Positions 59,214-64,000 of a DNA stretch of 64,000 nucleotides are shown here, in pieces. The translations under genes and the position numbers were made by a program. The number at the start of each line of letters is the position of its first letter. Positions within the stretch are counted from its first letter, which is position 1. The notes beneath the pieces are model-generated. The model did not search any database. It saw nothing but the letters and a program-made list of their open reading frames with translations, and was not told the origin of the DNA. Origin of the DNA: Promethearchaeati archaeon (lineage in GTDB: Archaea; Asgardarchaeota; Heimdallarchaeia; Heimdallarchaeales; Heimdallarchaeaceae); NCBI GenBank assembly GCA_013166775.1, contig JABLTJ010000027.1, positions 1-64,000 of the forward strand, in the 5' to 3' direction.

Positions 59214-62195
59214 ATGATTCCACTTATTGTTCTCTTCAGTTTTTTTTCTTATTTATATGGTTCTATTCCTTTTGCTCTTTTCTTTACCTATGTTTTAACT
59301 AAAAAGAATTTACTTCATGAAGGAACAGGCAATGTGGGTGTTATTAATACCTTTAGAACCGGAGGAACTTTAGCAGGTTTATTAACTGTAATAGGAGAAA
59401 TTTCTAAAGCATTTGTACCATTAGTAATATCATTCTTTCTTTTCGAGAAACAATTGGGTGCATCATTCTTTAATTTCGAGGATGAGCGCTGGATAAGCTT
59501 AATGTACTTATTTTTGACTCTTCTTGGAATAAACTTTTCAATTTTTCTAAGATTTAGAGGAGGGCATGGCTCTACAATGACTTTTTTCTCTACTTTAATC
59601 TTGTCCCCCTTTTCAGCTTTAACTCTACTAGGTATAAACACTATCTTACACTTTTTATCAAGATATGATTTTAGAATAAAGAGATTATGGATTTTATTTA
59701 TCCCTGCGATAATCTATGCATTTGAAAGAAGTAGCATATATGCCTCATTTGGTGCTGCTACTGCGCTATTATTCTTAATTCAAAGTGGAGAAAGTAGAGA
59801 TGATTATGTTAGACACTTCGAAGAATATGAAATGAGTAAGAGAAAAAAACTATCAATAAGATTTCACAAATTATCTTTTTATAAACGTGTACCTTTTATT
59901 GGGAATAAGGCAAATAATCTTGAATTTTTGATATCACAGAAAGTGAAAGTTCCTACAACTTATGCTTTGGATTGGTATATGTGTTCCAAACTCGTCGATT
60001 CAGATAGTGAGATAAAGGAGAAAATTATAATATCAATACAAAAAAGAATTTCACCAACAAAATCCTATGCAATACGTTCTTCTGCTTCAATAGAGGATGA
60101 TCCTGAATTCTCATTTGCTGGACAATTCAAAACTATACTAAATGTTCAAGGAATTGATAAAATCATAAATGCAATTGAAGAAGTCTATAATTCAAAGAAA
60201 AGTAAAAACGTGCAGAAATATATCACCAAATCTAATTTGAAATATGAAAATCTCAGAATGGCTGTTATTGTCCAAGAAATGGTTAATCAAATTTTTTCTG
60301 GCGTAAGTTTCGGAAAAAATCCAATTACGGGATTAGATGAAGTCGTAATTGAAGCAGTTGAAGGGAGCGGACAATTATTATTACAGGATGGGATTACACC
60401 CTTTCACTGTGTCTATAAATGGGGGGAGATACTTACAGAATCTAAAGAAAATCCAATCCCTGTTGAAATTATTCAAATAATTGCTGAAGAGACATTGAGA
60501 ATTCAGAAAAAATATAAAAAACCTGTAGATCTCGAATGGGTTTATGATGGAAAAGAAATAAACTGGGTGCAGGTAAGACCTATATCAACATTTATAGGAT
60601 TGAATATTTATTCAAATAAGTTTTCTAAAGAATTTTTACCAGGTGTTATCAAGCCATTAATCTTTTCCATAAATATTCTTCTCATTAATTCTACTTGGAT
60701 TGATATATTAACTGAATTAATTGGAAAAAATGATTTGGATCCGTATCTGCTAGCTAAATTATTTTATTACCGAGCATATTTTAATATAGGAAAGTTTGGT
60801 CAAATATTCGAAACAGTAGGTTTTCCTAGAGAGTTGTTGGAAATTCTTGTTCTTTCCGAAGGTGAAAATAAGAAGCCTAAGTTCAAAATTACTTTCAAAA
60901 CGCTTAGACATTTACCTAGAGTTGTAAAATTTTTGATTAATAAGTTATTTTTCTTTGAAAAGAGAATTAATAGGGACTTAATCTTGTTAATGAATGAATT
61001 CGAAAAATTTGAAAATGAAAGACTTGATAATGAAACACCAAGTAAGCTTCTAATAATTATTAAGGAATTATTTGAACTAAATAGAAAAATTGCATACTTT
61101 AGTATTATTATTCCTCTTCTTAATTTCTTCTTTAATAATAGACTAACAAGAAAATTAAAGAAATATAAGCTTACTATGGAAAGTTTAAACTATCTACTTA
61201 ATTCTGAGCAAAATCTATCTGATTTCAATCCACATCTTCATTTAGAAGAACTTCATACTGAATTTAAGAACTTACCAGACAATATAAAAACTGAAATAAG
61301 AAAAGGGTCATTTGAGCAATTTCTAGAAATACCAGAAATTACGGTTTTTAAAAAGAATGTTCTGAATTTTATTGATAGATTTGGTCATCTAAGTGATAGT
61401 GGAAATGATTTTTCACTCATACACTGGAGAGAGAAACCAAAACTAATTCTTGAAATGATAATTAATTACACACTCCCAAAGAGCAAGATTGCAGATTCAG
61501 AAATTTTACCTATAAGAAAAATAAAAGGAAAAACCTTAGTGAAAAAAATTAAACGGTATAGATATTATAAAGAACAGATTAGTTTTGAATATACATATAG
61601 TTACAGTCTTTTTAGATCATATTTCTCTGCCTTAGCAAAACAATTTGTTCAAAGAGGAATATTTCAAGAAGAAAATGACATCTACTATCTAACGTTTGAG
61701 GAAATAATTGAAATAATTGAAAAGGATTTATGGAGAGAAAGTAGGCAAGAACAAGTAGATAGAATTAAGAAAGAAATAGAGAAATATAGCGATATTAAAG
61801 CACCAGCAACTATTTATGGAGATAATCCCCCTCCAATTACTTTAGATACGAAAATATATCATAAATACATAGGAACACCTTCTTCTCCTGGTTACTATTT
61901 AGGTCAAATTACTAAAGTAAAAAGCATTGATGAGTTTAACAAAATTCAAGATGGAGATGTTTTAGTTATTCCCTATTCTGATGTTTCTTGGACTCCTATC
62001 TTCTCGAAAGCTGGAGCTGTTATATCAGAAGCAGGAGGTATGCTTTCTCACTGTTCTATTATAGCTAGAGAATATCAAATCCCAGCTGTGGTTTCAGTTG
62101 ATGGAATTTTTCAGCTAAACGATGGTGATACTGTATCTGTTGATGGTTATAAAGGAGAAGTGAGTTTAGTAAAGAGGATTTCTAAAGACCACTGA
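59214..62195 (+). CDS. PlsY-like acyltransferase fused to PEP-synthase/rifampicin-phosphotransferase-like dikinase
   Basis: YLYGSIPF..GTGNVGVINTFR..F.GGHG; GNKANNL, AIRSSASIED..SFAGQF, VQEMV, DLEW..QVRPI; GGMLSHCSIIAREYQIPAV phospho-His domain. Confidence 0.88.
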   Translation: MIPLIVLFSFFSYLYGSIPFALFFTYVLTKKNLLHEGTGNVGVINTFRTGGTLAGLLTVIGEISKAFVPLVISFFLFEKQLGASFFNFEDERWISLMYLFLTLLGINFSIFLRFRGGHGSTMTFFSTLILSPFSALTLLGINTILHFLSRYDFRIKRLWILFIPAIIYAFERSSIYASFGAATALLFLIQSGESRDDYVRHFEEYEMSKRKKLSIRFHKLSFYKRVPFIGNKANNLEFLISQKVKVPTTYALDWYMCSKLVDSDSEIKEKIIISIQKRISPTKSYAIRSSASIEDDPEFSFAGQFKTILNVQGIDKIINAIEEVYNSKKSKNVQKYITKSNLKYENLRMAVIVQEMVNQIFSGVSFGKNPITGLDEVVIEAVEGSGQLLLQDGITPFHCVYKWGEILTESKENPIPVEIIQIIAEETLRIQKKYKKPVDLEWVYDGKEINWVQVRPISTFIGLNIYSNKFSKEFLPGVIKPLIFSINILLINSTWIDILTELIGKNDLDPYLLAKLFYYRAYFNIGKFGQIFETVGFPRELLEILVLSEGENKKPKFKITFKTLRHLPRVVKFLINKLFFFEKRINRDLILLMNEFEKFENERLDNETPSKLLIIIKELFELNRKIAYFSIIIPLLNFFFNNRLTRKLKKYKLTMESLNYLLNSEQNLSDFNPHLHLEELHTEFKNLPDNIKTEIRKGSFEQFLEIPEITVFKKNVLNFIDRFGHLSDSGNDFSLIHWREKPKLILEMIINYTLPKSKIADSEILPIRKIKGKTLVKKIKRYRYYKEQISFEYTYSYSLFRSYFSALAKQFVQRGIFQEENDIYYLTFEEIIEIIEKDLWRESRQEQVDRIKKEIEKYSDIKAPATIYGDNPPPITLDTKIYHKYIGTPSSPGYYLGQITKVKSIDEFNKIQDGDVLVIPYSDVSWTPIFSKAGAVISEAGGMLSHCSIIAREYQIPAVVSVDGIFQLNDGDTVSVDGYKGEVSLVKRISKDH

Positions 62196-63872
62196 TTGTG
62201 GAAGAACAAGCCATAGAAGAAGAAAAGCTAATATAAACGCTGTTAAAAAATCATTTCTTGATATTTTATTTAAAAGAATCCCAAAAAGAACAATAAAACC
62301 TAAAATAATTGAGATTTCAAAGATACTGATTATTATCCCAATGAAACCAAAGATTAATGCAAGTATAATTACAATTAGGATTAAACTAAGAATAATTCCG
62401 ATGAATCCAAGCAAATTCATGAAAAATCTCTCTTTATCTTTGGATATCATTTTTAATTGTTTTATGCTTATATAGAAACCAATTGAACTGAAAGGAGTGA
62501 GAATGACTAGCCAAAGGATTTTCCTAATAGGAAAGAAGAACCATAATCCTGTCTGAGTAAAAAAACTGATAAAAATAAGAATGACCAGAAAAACACTTAA
62601 AATTAATCCAAGATTCTTGAAATCTATTTTATTAGGTTTTTTAAAAATCGTATCTATTTGCCATTCTCCTTTAATCCCAATCATTTTACCTTTCCAGTAG
62701 AATAATAACTCTGTTATTCCAAGTCCAAAGAAAAAACCAGTGTAGCTTATCGCTAATAAAGGTAAATCCATTCCAAAAATAAGAAATAACATAGAGATTA
62801 AAATCATGATAGGAATAGACAAAAGAAATGTGATCGTCTTAGCTAGGAAAAACTTGTTTGCTTTTTGAATCTCAAAATTAAAACTATCCTTAGGTTTCTG
62901 ATTGTAAAGTTTCTTGTTATTCAACAGACTGCTACATAAGATAAAAAATGTATAAAATCCGATTATTATCATTAACCAGCTTATATTTCTCCATTTAGTT
63001 ATTGATATATAATTAACTTCTTCCAGATCCAGACCAAAAAAATTTGTAGCTCTTTCTAATGCAGTCTGAATTATCTTAGAAGAATAAATCTCATAATTGT
63101 GAAAAACTCTTTCGAAGAAGATTAATTCTCTAGATAGGTTGTTAGCACCCATATAATAAGATCCAACACTGGAATAACTATCATTGATCAATTTCTCATA
63201 TAAGAGAATAGCTCCTTTAGGGGGAAGAACATCATCCCAAATCCCGGTGAGTATCGTGATATTTGTTTTTGGGTTATTTGTTCCAAGATTTATTATCCAA
63301 TCTAATTCAAGATCTGAAACACCTGTAAAAACATCTACTTTGTTTTCAATATCTAAATTGATCTGAGCGCCTATTAGTATTAAACCAGCAACAGCTAAAG
63401 AATCAAAAGTTTGTTCTTGAAGAGCAATTCTTGCCCCATAACTCTGACCAATTAATACAATCTGAGAATCATTTAAACCAGTAAGTGATTTAAATACTCC
63501 TTTAACTTGCTGTATCTGTTGAGCTTGTATATCTGTTGCAGTGTTATTAAAATCTACAAATCCAGAACTTCTTCCATGTCCAGAATAATCAAAAGTTAAA
63601 ACATGAAAACCTTGAAGATTGAATTCCATTACAATACTTTTTATAGAAATCTGGTCACTGCTAAAACCTTGCATTACTATAACTCCGAAAGGAATAGAAC
63701 CTGAATAATAGGTGCAAACAATAGTATCTTGACTTTTTTCATCAATTATTTCAAAGGTTTCCTTATCACTGATTTTAACTTCAAAAGACAATAATAAAGC
63801 AAAAAATGAGAGTATCAATAATAAACTAACAACCATGAAAAATAGGTTGATAACTCGTCGTTTATTTTTCAT
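62166..63872 (-). CDS. Membrane alpha/beta hydrolase (N-terminal anchor plus multi-TM C-terminus)
   Basis: FDYSGHGRS, GQSYG nucleophile elbow, WDDVLP, FHNYE. Confidence 0.85.
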   Translation of the reverse strand: MKNKRRVINLFFMVVSLLLILSFFALLLSFEVKISDKETFEIIDEKSQDTIVCTYYSGSIPFGVIVMQGFSSDQISIKSIVMEFNLQGFHVLTFDYSGHGRSSGFVDFNNTATDIQAQQIQQVKGVFKSLTGLNDSQIVLIGQSYGARIALQEQTFDSLAVAGLILIGAQINLDIENKVDVFTGVSDLELDWIINLGTNNPKTNITILTGIWDDVLPPKGAILLYEKLINDSYSSVGSYYMGANNLSRELIFFERVFHNYEIYSSKIIQTALERATNFFGLDLEEVNYISITKWRNISWLMIIIGFYTFFILCSSLLNNKKLYNQKPKDSFNFEIQKANKFFLAKTITFLLSIPIMILISMLFLIFGMDLPLLAISYTGFFFGLGITELLFYWKGKMIGIKGEWQIDTIFKKPNKIDFKNLGLILSVFLVILIFISFFTQTGLWFFFPIRKILWLVILTPFSSIGFYISIKQLKMISKDKERFFMNLLGFIGIILSLILIVIILALIFGFIGIIISIFEISIILGFIVLFGILLNKISRNDFLTAFILAFLLLWLVLPQSVVFRNPLY

Positions 63873-64000
63873 ACTAAAGCTATATATTCAATAATTTACA
63901 TATAACTTTTTACTATTTTTTGTAAGTACATATCTCTAATATTCAAAAAAAATATGTTCGAAAGTAATTTTCTATTTCTTTGTTATCAAAATAGTTTTTA

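Noticed and set aside
59214-62195. Annotation as PEP synthase (ppsA) or PPDK
   Set aside because: No C-terminal pyruvate-binding TIM barrel; the His domain is terminal, as in rifampicin-phosphotransferase-type enzymes
1-64000. CRISPR array, tRNA/rRNA, IS or integrase
   Set aside because: No regularly spaced repeats, cloverleaf or rRNA-like GC-rich tracts, or transposase/recombinase motifs seen by eye

Overview
AT-rich, gene-dense 64-kb window (roughly 30% GC by eye) with short intergenic regions, TATA-like promoters and T-tract gene ends. It is most consistent with an Asgard archaeon (Heimdallarchaeia-like; inference), based on a longin-like protein, secreted proteins ending in a TM helix plus basic tail, archaeal AsnA and F420-type enzymes. 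It is an accessory and metabolic region of about 65 genes (MFS and ABC transporters, GNATs, MBL hydrolases, SDRs, UvrA, MsrB and others). I found no rRNA, tRNA, CRISPR array or transposase. The main signal is a set of fatty-acyl, sphingolipid and sterol-type lipid genes unexpected in an archaeon. These are an SDR next to a serine-palmitoyltransferase-type enzyme (48104-50256), a PlsY acyltransferase fused to a pyruvate/water-dikinase-type phosphotransferase (59214-62195), a six-TM GDE2/GDE3-like phosphodiesterase (31776-33299) and an EXPERA plus SDR pair (22102-23597). Other notable items are a YgxA-like nucleotidyltransferase translationally coupled to uvrA behind a 5' hairpin, a ~140-nt nested stem-loop (960-1099), FYVE-like and half-LIM-like zinc fingers, a circularly permuted family-5 solute-binding protein, a chimeric gene and several broken secreted-protein genes. 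All family calls come from motif recognition by eye; no searches were run.
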